DNA of 56,634 bases, counting the filler, from Sluysia triapertura (lineage: Eukaryota): assembly GCA_046118255.1 (NCBI GenBank). It is 3 parts of 3 records of this genome, joined end to end, with 100 filler letters (N's around TTAATTAATTAA, not from the genome) between each part and the next. Parts side by side here need not be neighbours in the genome. Positions count along the whole stretch, not along the records: positions 1 to 21,572 come from JBJNIA010252859.1; 2 more parts are not named here. One strand, given 5' to 3'. Positions 1-13,000 of this stretch are shown here, in pieces. The position numbers and the translations under genes are program-made. The notes beneath the pieces were generated by a model. The model searched no databases and was not told where the DNA came from. It saw only the letters and a program-made list of their open reading frames with translations. Position 1 is the stretch's first letter. Every line of letters starts with the position of its first letter.

Positions 1-57
<57 letters not shown>
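1..57. repeat. (AAT)n microsatellite
   Basis: About 19 perfect AAT units at the window start. Confidence 0.95.
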
Positions 58-58
<1 letters not shown>

Positions 59-99
59 TTGGGGTAAAAAAAGGCCTAAGGTGTCATTTGGTAAAATTG

Positions 100-235
100 A
101 CTATAATAAAATAAAATCGTTCGACGGGACTGATAGCTCAGTGGCAGAGCATCGAACTGCGCAGCTAGAGGTCCGGGTTCGATCCCCGGTCAGTCCATTT
201 TACGAAGTCTAACAATAACAATAATAATAATAAAA
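100..235 (+). mobile_element. tRNA-derived (Cys-like) SINE/pseudo-tRNA, copy 1
   Basis: GGACTGA (127-133) pairs with TCAGTCC (190-196). A-box TAGCTCAGTGG, D-stem GCTC/GAGC and B-box GGTTCGATCC are present, but the anticodon stem does not pair. Followed by GAAGTCTAACA and an (AAT)n tail. Related copies at 331-453 and 33550-33695. Confidence 0.7.
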
Positions 236-330
236 ATAAAAGAATCGAATTTCAAGCATTACATTAAGATGCATTAGCAATAAATCTGTTAGAAAAAGTA
301 CTCTCAGAATTTATTTAAAAACTTAGAACT

Positions 331-453
331 GTTAGACTTCATTAAATAGACCAACTGGATTCCAACCCGGGCCCTCTTACGTCAAAGTTGTGCAGTTCGA
401 TGCTCTGACCATTGAGCTTTCAGCCCCGCCTAACAGTTTTATTTTATTATAGT
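331..453 (-). mobile_element. tRNA-derived SINE/pseudo-tRNA, copy 2 (inverted)
   Basis: Reverse complement reads ACTATAATAAAATAAAA..GGGGCTGAAAGCTCAATGGTCAGAGCATCGAACTGCAC..GGGTTGGAATCC..GAAGTCTAACA, homologous to copy 1 including both flanks. Confidence 0.65.
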
Positions 454-1431
454 TAATTAAACTATCATTATTCTAAATGGAACTTTTCCAGGCATGTATT
501 TCAACAGAATTATTGTGGAAAAATCTTATAGGCGTTAAAGTCACTTCATTCAAGAAAAACACTCGCAGATTCGAATTATTAATAAACGATAATGCTTAAT
601 TATTACTTCGTTTTAAACTAACTGTATTGATTTAATTTTTGGAGGACATTCCAGTTTTGGTTTCGCCTCTTGATTAATTGGTGCAATTTTGTGTAAATAG
701 TCCTCCATAAAGATAATTGCAAGTTTTAGTTTGTTGGTTATAACATTTATTTGAGTTTATTTAAATTTATTTTTGATAATTGATATTTACTGTGATAATT
801 TACAAATTTTATTAATTGTGATACTTTGGAGGTAATTGTGCTTAAATCTGAGCTTTGAATTTGAAAGTTATTAGAGTTAATTTAAACTAAAGACGCAATA
901 GTATACTAATTGTGTATTCAGCTTATGTCTTATAAAGTAAGTACTCAAAAGCGCTTAAAATAAATTATTCATTATATTATTTCTGAAAAATTAAAAATTT
1001 ACCACTTAGTTAAGTATTTCATAATCTTCTATTAATTTAGCATTAACTGGCAGCTGATTGTACATTTTTGAAACGCATACAATATATAAACCTCTACCTA
1101 TATCATTATCACTGTGGATAAATCAGTACCTTAAAGACATTCATATTTGTTTCCAAATTTTAATTATTTCCAAGAAATATTCAAGATATAAATAATGCAA
1201 ACATTGATAGATTGTTGTTATGATTTTAAATTGAACTCTTGCTTTTATTTGTAAAGCTTAAGTTATTTGCAGCTTTTTATTAAAGTTATTAAAGCTTTTA
1301 TTTGCACCTTTAAAAATAACATTTGTATAATAAAACAAATTCTTTTTTGTCGAATGCAAGTTATTTAGTTTATTTCCCATAAAATTAAAATTTATTTGAC
1401 TTATAATCAATACTTAAATAAACTGATAATA

Positions 1432-4400
1432 ATGAATGAAAATGAAAATAATTTTCAAAAAGTGCTTCAAAATCAAGAAGATTGGGAAAATATGTTATTT
1501 AGAGATGGATTAACAAGTAGGACAATTTAAGTATTTCATTTGATCTGGATTATTTTCATAATTTATTAGTTGTTGATGTCTGTGATAAGTGGTGTTATGC
1601 TTGTAAACCAATATCAAAGTTACTGTACAGACTCAAATCAGAATTAAATGATAATGTTTTAAATTTTGTTATTGGTATATCAGATAATATTGATTCTTTG
1701 GATGGATACAAAAATAAAAGCGAACCATGCTTTTTATTCTATTCGGTAAAATTTTTCTAATTTATTTAACTGACTAGTGTGGAATGCTAATTGATGTAGT
1801 TCGTGGTGCTAATGGACCTTTATTAATAAAAGTACTTAAACAAAGGTTAAAAGAAGAACATTTAGCTATAGATGGTTTGTATGAAAGAAAAGAAGTAATA
1901 TAATATTCATTTATAAATGATAATTTTTAGTTTACATATTCTTAGAAACTTCTCAAATTTTAATTGGTTTTAATTTAAAATCATTCATCCAAATATTAGT
2001 AAAATATCATTTCACAAATTTAATACCACAAAATATTGGAATGTGAAATCGGTATCAATCATTGTTAAATAAAGGAAACAATTTATTGTCTAATACTACA
2101 CGCCACCTTACTTAGATTATCAATATAGACATTGTTTAATCGGTTGTTTCTTTTTCAGTTCTTAGGAGAATCAGTATCCCTTTAAGTATTTTAGTCGTAA
2201 TGGCTTTAAATTTTGTCCTTTCATTATACATTTTAATTTAAAAATATTGTACGATTTTAAAATTGGCACAATTCAAGTTTATTGTAAATGGCTTCAAATT
2301 ATAAGTTTATATAGTCCTTAAACAAAATTAGTTGCATCGTTTTTCGAGAAAATATTTTCAAATTAAATTTTGGTTCAGTTATACTTTAACCATCACTTCG
2401 AGTTTCATCTATTTCTGCTCACTCAGAATTAAAGCATTTGTTACTCGCTCATTCCATCGGATTATGAATTTTCTAAGTTATTTACAGTTAAAACTTTCAT
2501 CTCAAAAACATATAATTGAATCTCCTTTGAATCATATGTAAGAGTTTTACCACATTTAACGAGTTATACAAACATAGGCACTCAGTTCTGCGGTATTATC
2601 ATTATATAGCCATTTTATTATAACTTTTTGCATTATTTTTATCTGATAGTACTCTCTTACAATGATTTCAATCATAAATATTTGGCATCTAAGAAGCACA
2701 TCATTAACATTAATTTTTTTCCAATTTAATAGTGGTTGTAGTCATATTATCCTTCTTGAGAATCCGTCAGTATTTCTGAACAAGTCACAAGTCATATTAA
2801 GCCTTTTTAATATCGCATAAAGCTCTTACTTCAATTATTTTTCTACTGAATAAGTTATAATCTTCATCTGAGGACATTTCAAACACCTTTAATACTTAAT
2901 TCAAAAGGTTTTATAATGTTTGTAATGTTTCTTGTAACTTTTGCTTCATTTTCTCTTTAGAAACCTGCATAACAACCGTAACATTATGATGGATAGTGTC
3001 CAAATATTTTTCCACAGATTCCACTTTTTTAATTTCTATTTTTGAAACTTCCTTAAAACCTTTTTCATTTGCGTAGTGAATCATCTAATTCAAGTATATC
3101 AATCGTACGAAATCTTAATTATTTTGATTCACGAAAACTCAGCACTGATCATAAAAAAGGTGCAATGCAACATTTTCTGCCACTAGTTCTGAATAATACT
3201 TACATTCATTATCTGGATCCACTGCGTACTATGGTTTGATTTTCTTTAAAATGAAATCTCTTATTTCCACTTCTATCTATCTGTAAAATTTTGTTTTAAA
3301 ATCCTCATTTGTATCATGTAGTAATGCTGATGCTATATGATTATGTTTGACACTTATAGAAAAGTTGTATGTGGAAACTTTTTGATAATAGAAACCAGTT
3401 CATTATTAACATCCTTTAATTATTCGAACGCAAAAATTCAATCCGTATTAAAAACGTCCCTCAAGATTTTATCAACTAAATTCATGTTTTTTAATTTTCA
3501 TTAATATTAAACATAATTTATGTCTTACCATATAGCAGCGATAGTGTCGCATCAGCTAAATTTTCACAAGTGGCTTGACAATGATTTTATTCCTTTCCAG
3601 TTACATTGATGTGTATCTTGTGGGAAATCCTGCATCTTAGGATCCCAAATTTTTACATACTGCTTAGTGCATTACGTAGGTAATCTTGTGGGGAAGTAAT
3701 TTTATTTCCAGTTTTCTGTTGAAAGTATTTTTTATGGCACAATTTTCAAAATTTTAATAGCGTTGAAATGGTTGGGAGACCACGCTCATCGACAACCATC
3801 GTGGATCCCAATACTATTGTGAAAATGACAGCATTTAAGGAACGTTACAACATGTCTGTAGAGATTGCTGACACTGACTCAAGCATGCGTTGGTTAGCTC
3901 AATTGGCATTACTCGCTAATGCATTCATTTGTCCTTCTGCGGTGAACCTTGCCACATAACTGTGCATGCTGTCAATGTATATGGTAAAACGTGGAAGTGC
4001 AGAGATTGTAAAAAGTCAGTAAAACTTGGTTCATTCTTTAATAGGAGCCACCTCACACTTAAACAAGTTGTACTGCTGGTTTATTGTTGGAGTCACGACA
4101 TGCCCTAGATGTTGAAGCAACCGAATGGTGCAACTTTCTGCGTGAAGAATGTGAAGTGTGGCTGAACAACAATCCTGACCTGTGGATTGGACAATAATGA
4201 TCATCCGATAATTGTTGAAATCGATGAGTCTAAATTTTTCCATAGAAAATACCATCGCAACCAGTGGCAAAAGATTCACTGGGTCGGCAGTGGAGTGGAA
4301 AGACAGAGCGGAAAGTGCTTTCTAGTGAAAGTTCCACATCGGAAAGCTAGAACACTAGAACCGGTAATTGTACAGCATACCTTGCCAGGTTCACATTATG

Positions 4401-6406
4401 TTAGATGGTTGAGCATTGTATACCAACATCGAGCACATACAAAATGAGATGCTCAATCGAGATACAAGAACAAAATTTCGTAGCACAAAAGGTTGAATGT
4501 TTGGAGCCGGGCCAAGAGAAAGATTCGTCGCCAGTATGGAACATCAAGAGACTTGTTCCTGCCTTATATGCATGAATTCCTTTTCAGAAACAATGTTATG
4601 TTTAGCAGTTTTTCGGCCTTTGTTAAGTGACTGTTATCCGCAGTGACACTTAAGCAGCCCATACTGCTTTTGTAAAGAGACAAATGACAGTGTTTAAGTG
4701 TTTTTTCAGTATATTGTCAATATATAGTTAGTGTTTGTGCTCCTATTTAGTTTTAGTAATGTGTGAAATTTGGGACCTTAAAGTGCTCTTTTAAACTTCC
4801 GTGGCCTTCAATAAATTACTTATTTTTAACTAAACTGCTAATAGTTCAAATTTATTGAAAATTAAAACATATAACCAAAATGAATTAACTAATATTCTTA
4901 CAAAAATTAATATATTAAAATTGTAAAACAATTAATCTTATAATAATGTGAATGTAACGTTTTAAAGTAAATGTTTATGAATTCGAAAAAATACTCATTA
5001 TTCAATTTGTTTACATTTTTTGAATGTGATTTAGTTTATGCTATTAAAAGCCACAGAAAAATCTTAAATCGTTGTTGAGTTACAATAAAAGCGATGATTT
5101 TAAATTTCGTAACAGTTTGTTTCCGAAAAGCTGAGAAAGCTTATTGGAATTGGCAAGAAGAACCAATAAATCATGTCAAAGAATATTTATTTTCTTGAGT
5201 AAATGATAGATATTTGTCAAGACATTACAATAAGAAATATAATTTTGGACAACATAATTACCCTAAACAAATGTGTTTATTTGACGTAACTGTTTTTAAA
5301 AAATTCATTTTGTTCGGATGTTAATTCTTAATAAACATTTTACTTTAAAATTTTATAATATATATTGAAAGTACATAAATATATATACAGTAACTGTATT
5401 TAAATTTAGATTATAGATCCTTATTTAAAAATAAAAGATGATTTGTTGAGAGAAGATGAAAATATGAGAGGAATGGAAGGTAATTTTATTTGCATTAAAT
5501 TTTAAGTCAGATAAGTGTAAAATAAATTATATTTCTTAAAATAAACATTTATACAATATTTGTTTATTAATATTAGAATTGAACAAGAAATACAAAATTC
5601 ATAGCATAATATATTACAAATTACATGTGCAGAAAAACATAAAAGCGACAAAAAATAATCGAGTTCGATAACGCTCTCTTGCTCAATTATTATCTGGGTC
5701 AATGTTACTGTTATACCAGTATTTGCTCGCGCTGAACGATGATCAATTTAATTAAACATCAAGATATTTACATTTACAAAATCCGTATGTTTATTATGTA
5801 TAAGTTTCTTTTACCTTACCTATTTGTAAGCGATAAAGTACACTTAAAATCTTTTCGTAATATTGCATTATCTTAATATGATAGTGATAAATGCAGTTTA
5901 AAATCAATTATTACAATTTAGGCCTCAAAATCCAAATTGATTTTATATTATAATCTAATTTAAAATACTCCTATTACGAAATCTAATTACATATGTTATA
6001 GTGAACTTTTGATTTTACTTGTGATTTAATTACGTAAAAATAGTGATTTTTGATTATTACTAAATTCATTTTGGTGATTTTTATGGTGATTTATCTATTT
6101 ATGGTATACATAATTTTTTGCATATAATATACATTCCCACCACTGCGTTATTTATTAGTCTTAAATAAATTGTGCTAAAGATATTACAATTCTGCGCAAT
6201 TCAAATTTGAAAGCTGGAGTTTTTATATCAGTCAACTCACGCGTTAAAATGTATAAATTAATTTTATTAAATTTTTATATTTACAAAATCTATTGAATAC
6301 TTATGTTTCAAATACCAATTTATTTATTACATTTAAATGAAGTTGAATAACGATGAAACGTTATTATTATTATCATCATCTAGATTATTATTATTATTAT
6401 TATTAC

Positions 6407-6460
<54 letters not shown>

Positions 6461-7023
6461 TACTTCAATACGTATCTGCTTTAGAACTTAAATCCTTTTC
6501 GATCGTTCTAAATAAAATCCATTATTCAACAATTGATTTTTCAATAAAACATATCAAGTATTTTATTTTCACTAACTTGAGTCATTATTAAAACATTTTT
6601 CAAAAATTATAAATCCCAATTATGTCCAAAAAACTGTAATAGAACATTATCGTAAAACCTGACCATAAGGATATTTTTAATTCCATTTGTCGAAACTTTA
6701 CTTTGTAATTCCAATTTAGTTAAATATTATTATTAAATATTAATATTAATCTAGGAGTTTTTAATAAACGATTTAAACTTTAATATTTTATTGAATACAT
6801 GTAATATTTAATAGTGTTTTATTAAAAAAATATTAAATTAAAAATAAAACGCAGACCTTTAGACACAATATGAAATAACAATTATTAAAGTTAAATTTAC
6901 TGTCTTTTGTTCAAGGAAATAATATTCATTTTTCTTTAGATGATAAGTTAGAAGTTGTGTTACTTATTCTAAAACCAGATTTAGTGCAAGATAAAATGGT
7001 CGAAGAGGTAAAAGCAAAGGTAA

Positions 7024-7097
<74 letters not shown>

Positions 7098-10000
7098 CAG
7101 TGATACTAGTAGTTATAATAGTAGTAGTGGTGCTTTTATATACAAAATTATTTTTGCTTTTAAGTCATTTATTTGCTATACGTTAATTAAGCAAATAGTA
7201 TAAAAAGAGCAATATTTAGTTAAAAGATTGAGATTGCAAAAGACGCGAATACAATTTGATCTACATCAATTTCATGTTCGTTAAAACTTTTTTAATTTTA
7301 ATTCGTAAGTTTTATTCATGTAGGATTATTTCCTTACTTGATAGTAATATATAAAATACACGTTAAAATTTTATTTATTTTGACTAGCTTGAGACGCTAG
7401 TAATAGAATCAGATTAAACTCTTAATTTGATTTATTAGATTTAAGTCTCACAAAATAAAATTATATATATGTTTTAGTGTTGTTACTATTTGAGTTCGAC
7501 TAATCTCTTTGTAATTCGTAATTGTTTTATCATTTATTAATACACTTTTAAAAACGTTTAATATTGTCAATTAATGGTAGTATTAAAAAAAGTGCCAAAC
7601 ATTATTTAAAAGAATATTCTTGATAATAAATAATTGATAATAAAAGAAAATTAAAGATTTATTGTTATAAGGAACTAAGGAAGTTCGATATTAAATACAA
7701 CTGTTTAGATCCTCGAATTTATAGTTAAGTAAATCTTATAGGTACATCTTTCGCAAGGATGTAAATCGTATACTACAGGAAAACCCATATCATAACTAAT
7801 ATTTTGCAAAAATTAAGTTAATAATTGTAATAATCTTGCAAAACAAGAATTACCGAATTATTATTCTTATTAATAGAATTGTTGTAAAAGCACTTACTTA
7901 ACTATACACTATTCCGAAATAAAAGATAAAACGGCAAGATTCAAAAAACAGGATTTTTAAAATTAAAGTTTTTTCTAATTTTTATTTTTTTAAAAAATTT
8001 TTGGATATTTACTTATTAGGTATGGATAACTAAAATTAAGAATTCGAAAAAAATATTGTAAATAAATTACTAATAATGTTGGCAGAAGAATTATGGTTGA
8101 TGCTATTAAGATCAAATGTTTTTCTGGCTAATATCGAATCTTTATCTTAAAACTTCATCATTAATATTTTTGTTTTTCTTTAACTGATCTACTTTTCTCT
8201 TTTTTTTCCAACTAAAGTTAATGTTCTTTATCGTCTTTTTGATATGGTAGGTTTTATATTTTTGTTTATAATTTTATAAACTTATTTAAAGTGATTTAGC
8301 GTTATCTCAACGAATGATATTTGAGCAGGTTGTAAAGCCTTCATTTTAATTATTATTATCATTATTTTTACAATTATTACTTTCATTTAAATACGAATTA
8401 TTGTATAATCAACCAAAAATAATATTGATTTAAAGTGAAAATCAATTTGTCCATTTGGCATTTCAGTAAAATCATTAATTTTAGCATTCAATGTATTTAG
8501 GAATATACGATTATCATTAAAATAATTTAATATAAATAAGATAATTTATAATAGTGCTTGTATCATTTCCTCCTATTAGCTTGTTGAAAGAAATATAACA
8601 ATTTTAAAAGAAGAATTGCGTCAAATAACAAATGAAGAATTTCAAGCTTTATTTAAACATCTAGAAAACGCTGATTTTTATAAACAATTATCATACGGTT
8701 TTACCATAAATTCTGCTTTACTATTAATAATAAACAAAGAAATAAAAGAAAATCAATCCACAGAATCATCATCGGAAGAAAGTCAAACAGAAATTCAAAG
8801 AAAATTAAAAGAAGTTACAATATTTGATGACCTGATTGAAATTGTTGGACCGATTTGCACAGAACAGGCAAGGGATGAATATCCAGAAAGTTATCGAGCA
8901 ACGCTCAATAAAAAATTTGAAGATGATTATTTTTATTATAGTGAAGACAAAGAACAATGTGAAAATGATATAAATATATTCTTTCCTGATTTTGAAATTC
9001 CTCTTATAAAACGTCGCAAAACTGATAACCGATTCATTCAAAGAACTGTGGCTATCTTACGTCCATCAGCTCATCAAGATTACAACGACGAAATATTACA
9101 AGATATTGAAAACAATGGTTTTACAATAGTTTTTATGAAAGAGATAACATTTACCGAAGATTTGTGCAACAAATTGTACGATAATACAGTAACTGATTGT
9201 TATTTTGAAGATTTGAAATTGGAAATGACTGAAGGTGCATCATTAGTATTAGGACTAGAAAGAAAGGTTTTTCTTATTAAAATTTAATCTCCTGTTTTCA
9301 CATGTGTCTGATCGCCTAATACTAATATTAAAATAAAATTCAACTTATAAAATATATTTAATCTAATAAAATGTCTTAATTGTAACATCATGTTATTTTA
9401 TATCCATTCTATTATTTATAAATTTTCTATGAAAACACAAACATACATAATATAATAAATGTTTCAAATTTTTATTCGATGTGCAAATGTTTTGATTTTG
9501 CTGTGGGTTTCTTAACTTTTAACTTGCAGCAAAATAAATTTTGGCATGGTTCGGTTACAGTATACGAATTATGACGTGAAGTGGGCGTTAATTCGTAAAA
9601 TATAATCTCGAACATGTTTTAATTGCTAATCGACTATATGGTTTAATTCAGTAATAAATTACGCTTATCCTACAATGTATTTATTTTTAATTGCTAGAAA
9701 GTTAAAAGGTCTTAATAGATTTATCTTATTCCTCAGAAATTCAACTAGTAACGTTTTTTTAATACAAACTCTCTTCATTACAGCGCTTTAACACGTTACA
9801 GCTTCGATATTTGGAAAACTTGATTATAAATTCTACAAAAACCGAATAATAAATCACAAACGTTGATGTAATTTAAATTTTTATTAACAAATAATGATTA
9901 TTTAATTATTTACAAATTGTTAATGATAAAGCCACAAAGAGTGAAAGAGAAATAAAAATACAATAATGTAAAATTAAAACATTGTTGAGGTCTTGAATTT

Positions 10001-13000
10001 TTGTGAATTATTGATGTACATAATTTGTATGCTGGCCATACTCCTACAATTTTGTTTTTATCATTGACTTTATTTCGATTATTGTCATAAACTTTCAATA
10101 ATGTTATAATTTTGCTTAAAGAATTTTTAAATTTTAAATGTTAAATTTTAAAGTCGGTTTAAGGGCGTAAAAACTATTAATTAAACTTTTAACCAAAACC
10201 GATTCAAATAGAACCAAACAACAGAACGCTAATGTTACATTAATGATGAAAAATAAAACATAAAACGTAAAAGGTATAAAATGGTTAAAAATAATCACAC
10301 TTCAACATTAGATGAAAGAGTTCGTGTACACACTATATTCGCTTTTCGATTGACTTCTTCGCTACATGGACTACTTTGACAACATTTTTTGACCTCGATA
10401 AATAAAACTTTTGAATCACATTTACATATATCATTTTCACTAGTAAAGTGTCACTAGTTTAAAAGTGTCAACGATACATTTAGGACTACAAAATTTAATA
10501 GGTGTATCTGCATTATTTTGCATGCGTACAGTAGATGCACAAAATGTAAATATTTTAGTCAACTCAAATATTTTTGTTGATAAAGCATGATTAAACCACC
10601 TTTTGTGATTATTAAATATTTGACTATAAGGAAATATATAGTAAGTTAGTTTGAATTTTTAATTGATAATTGCATAATCGTGATTAACAGATACCTAATT
10701 TTTAAGTAGCTTTTTTTCTTGTTCTGATCATAAACATCTAAAATAACATGATTTGTCTCTATCTAATATCTGATTTTTTTTATTGAAACACATTCAGTCA
10801 GAACATGCTAAAGGATAGTACCTTTTGCTATTATTGAATAACATTTGATACACGATTGTCCGAACCAATTTTATTTGTAAAATAACGTGAATAACACCAA
10901 AATTTAGCAAATAAATCATCAATACAAAAATCAGTTCTGCAAAGAATATGATCTAAATAAAGTAAGTTAAACAAGGTTTTACAAATTGATGTACGTCTAA
11001 AAAATTAGGTATATCATTTGGTTATCATTAATACAGAAATTGCCTGGTGGTAAACTAAAAACTAAAAAATGCCATATCATTGAAACATTTGCAATGGATA
11101 GATCAATAATATTAAGTATAATCGACAAGAAGAAAAAGGAAAAGAATAATAATGGTAGTAGTAAAACAGTGATAAAGTAATAACAACTCGATAAATTTGA
11201 AATACACAAAAAACAGATACATGGTGATAAAAATACTTATACAACAACAGTGACATTAATGATAATAATAGAACTTTAATGCAACAATAATAGAATAATG
11301 ATAAAAATAATTATAAAAATACGATTACAACAAATCTTAACAACAGTAGCAGGTAAAAAAGAAAAAACCGTTATAAGATTTAACAATATATGATATTATA
11401 AAAATTGGGTTTGTATTTTACGTATACTCTTTGGTGATTTGATATGTCGGAGTTCGTTTAATAACTTGTTTATGTAAGATATGTTAATTTGTGTTTGCTT
11501 GTGATTATATCTGTAATTGTTGTATTTTAAATTTGAGTTCACTGCATTTATAAATACACAATATTTTAGAAATGATTTTGCACTTCATTAAATCGGGGCT
11601 CAAAAGATTTAAATAAAATTGATTTAAAACTATTTTAATAGAAATAATTCAAAAAATAAAGATTGTATGGATGCTGAACTGAATTATTGTTCTGTTACTG
11701 AATTGAATTAACATATAAATTTCCACAAAATTTTCAAAAATAGTTTATTCCAAGTATGGTTGCAAATCATTAACACAATTATTAAACTATTATTAAGTTG
11801 TGATTTAAACTAAGCTGATGCCAGTGTACATACTAGTCATCAGCTAATCAAAATCAATGAAATTTCTAGAATGCTCTAGAATTTTCGATTAATTTTTTTT
11901 AGTAAATGTTCTTTTCTTTTTTCGAAAGTTAACTCCTTTTTGTATTTTTTTAAAGGTTTTAAAGGGTTGTGATTACAACTTAATAATAATAAACTAGCAT
12001 ACAAAATTGAAGACAATTAGCGGTTTAAATCTTTATGAAGACGCGCTTATAAATAATTATAGTGAACAATAGTGCCTAATCTTTATTCAAGTAATACAGT
12101 TCCTTAATCTTTGTGGTGATCTCTTGATACCTGAAATTATAAAATAATAATAGTTTAATAATAATAAGAAAACGAAATAATTAAAAGTAAATAAACCTTA
12201 ATGGATCTTCTGAATTGAATAAATAAACCAAATGCGAAACAAATAAAAATCAATTACAACTTACCTTTTTCGAATAAAATAAATTCTAAATAAATAAAAT
12301 AATAATTGGCAATTAACTTATTTGATATATAAACGTAGATTCAAAGTAACAGAGGTTAGAAATAAAAATTGGGATAAAAATTTTGTGAAAGTTATACATT
12401 GAGATATTGGTAACAGTTGATTTTTACAAATTTGGGAAGGTTTCTACGAATTTGATTTTATATATATTCCTTATTGATATTTGAAATGATTTTTCGAACT
12501 TAATTATTATACTTATTGATTCATTGGTCGAAATATCCAAATTGGTTAGTAAACCATTTGTGGTTGCATTAAGAATTTACATTGATCAATTGGTCATGTG
12601 ACGAATCGCATAAATCAATTAATCATTTGGTCATACGTCGGCAAAAACAAATTGGTTCGATGAGTATTAATTACATTGGTTAACACAAACATCAAATTAA
12701 TTGTGGTGCTTGAAAAGAAGACCTGGATAATTATTATCAGATCAGCTTATTGCTAATAATTTTTGTAAGTTTATATTTTTAAGGAGATATAAAATACTAG
12801 AGACAGTTATTCATAAAATCAATTTTAATTTTAGAGTTACGAATTCTAATAATAAATTATTTCATACATTATTATTTAGTGACTACTTTTAGTAATTTTG
12901 GCTTTTATCATAGACTTTGTATAAACAATATTTAAGACTTTAATTTTTATCTCCTAGGCTATGAATATTTAATATTTTTGGTAATAAATTTTGGGACTTA

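Noticed and set aside
127-197. Functional tRNA gene (apparent anticodon GCG)
   Set aside because: The anticodon stem does not pair, and diverged copies with simple-repeat tails indicate a tRNA-derived repeat.
6337-6591. Poly-Leu ORF
   Set aside because: Translation of a (TTA)n microsatellite.
10281-10535. Tc1-like N-terminus (MVKNNHTSTLDERVRV) and possible terminus
   Set aside because: Too short, and no matching second TIR found.
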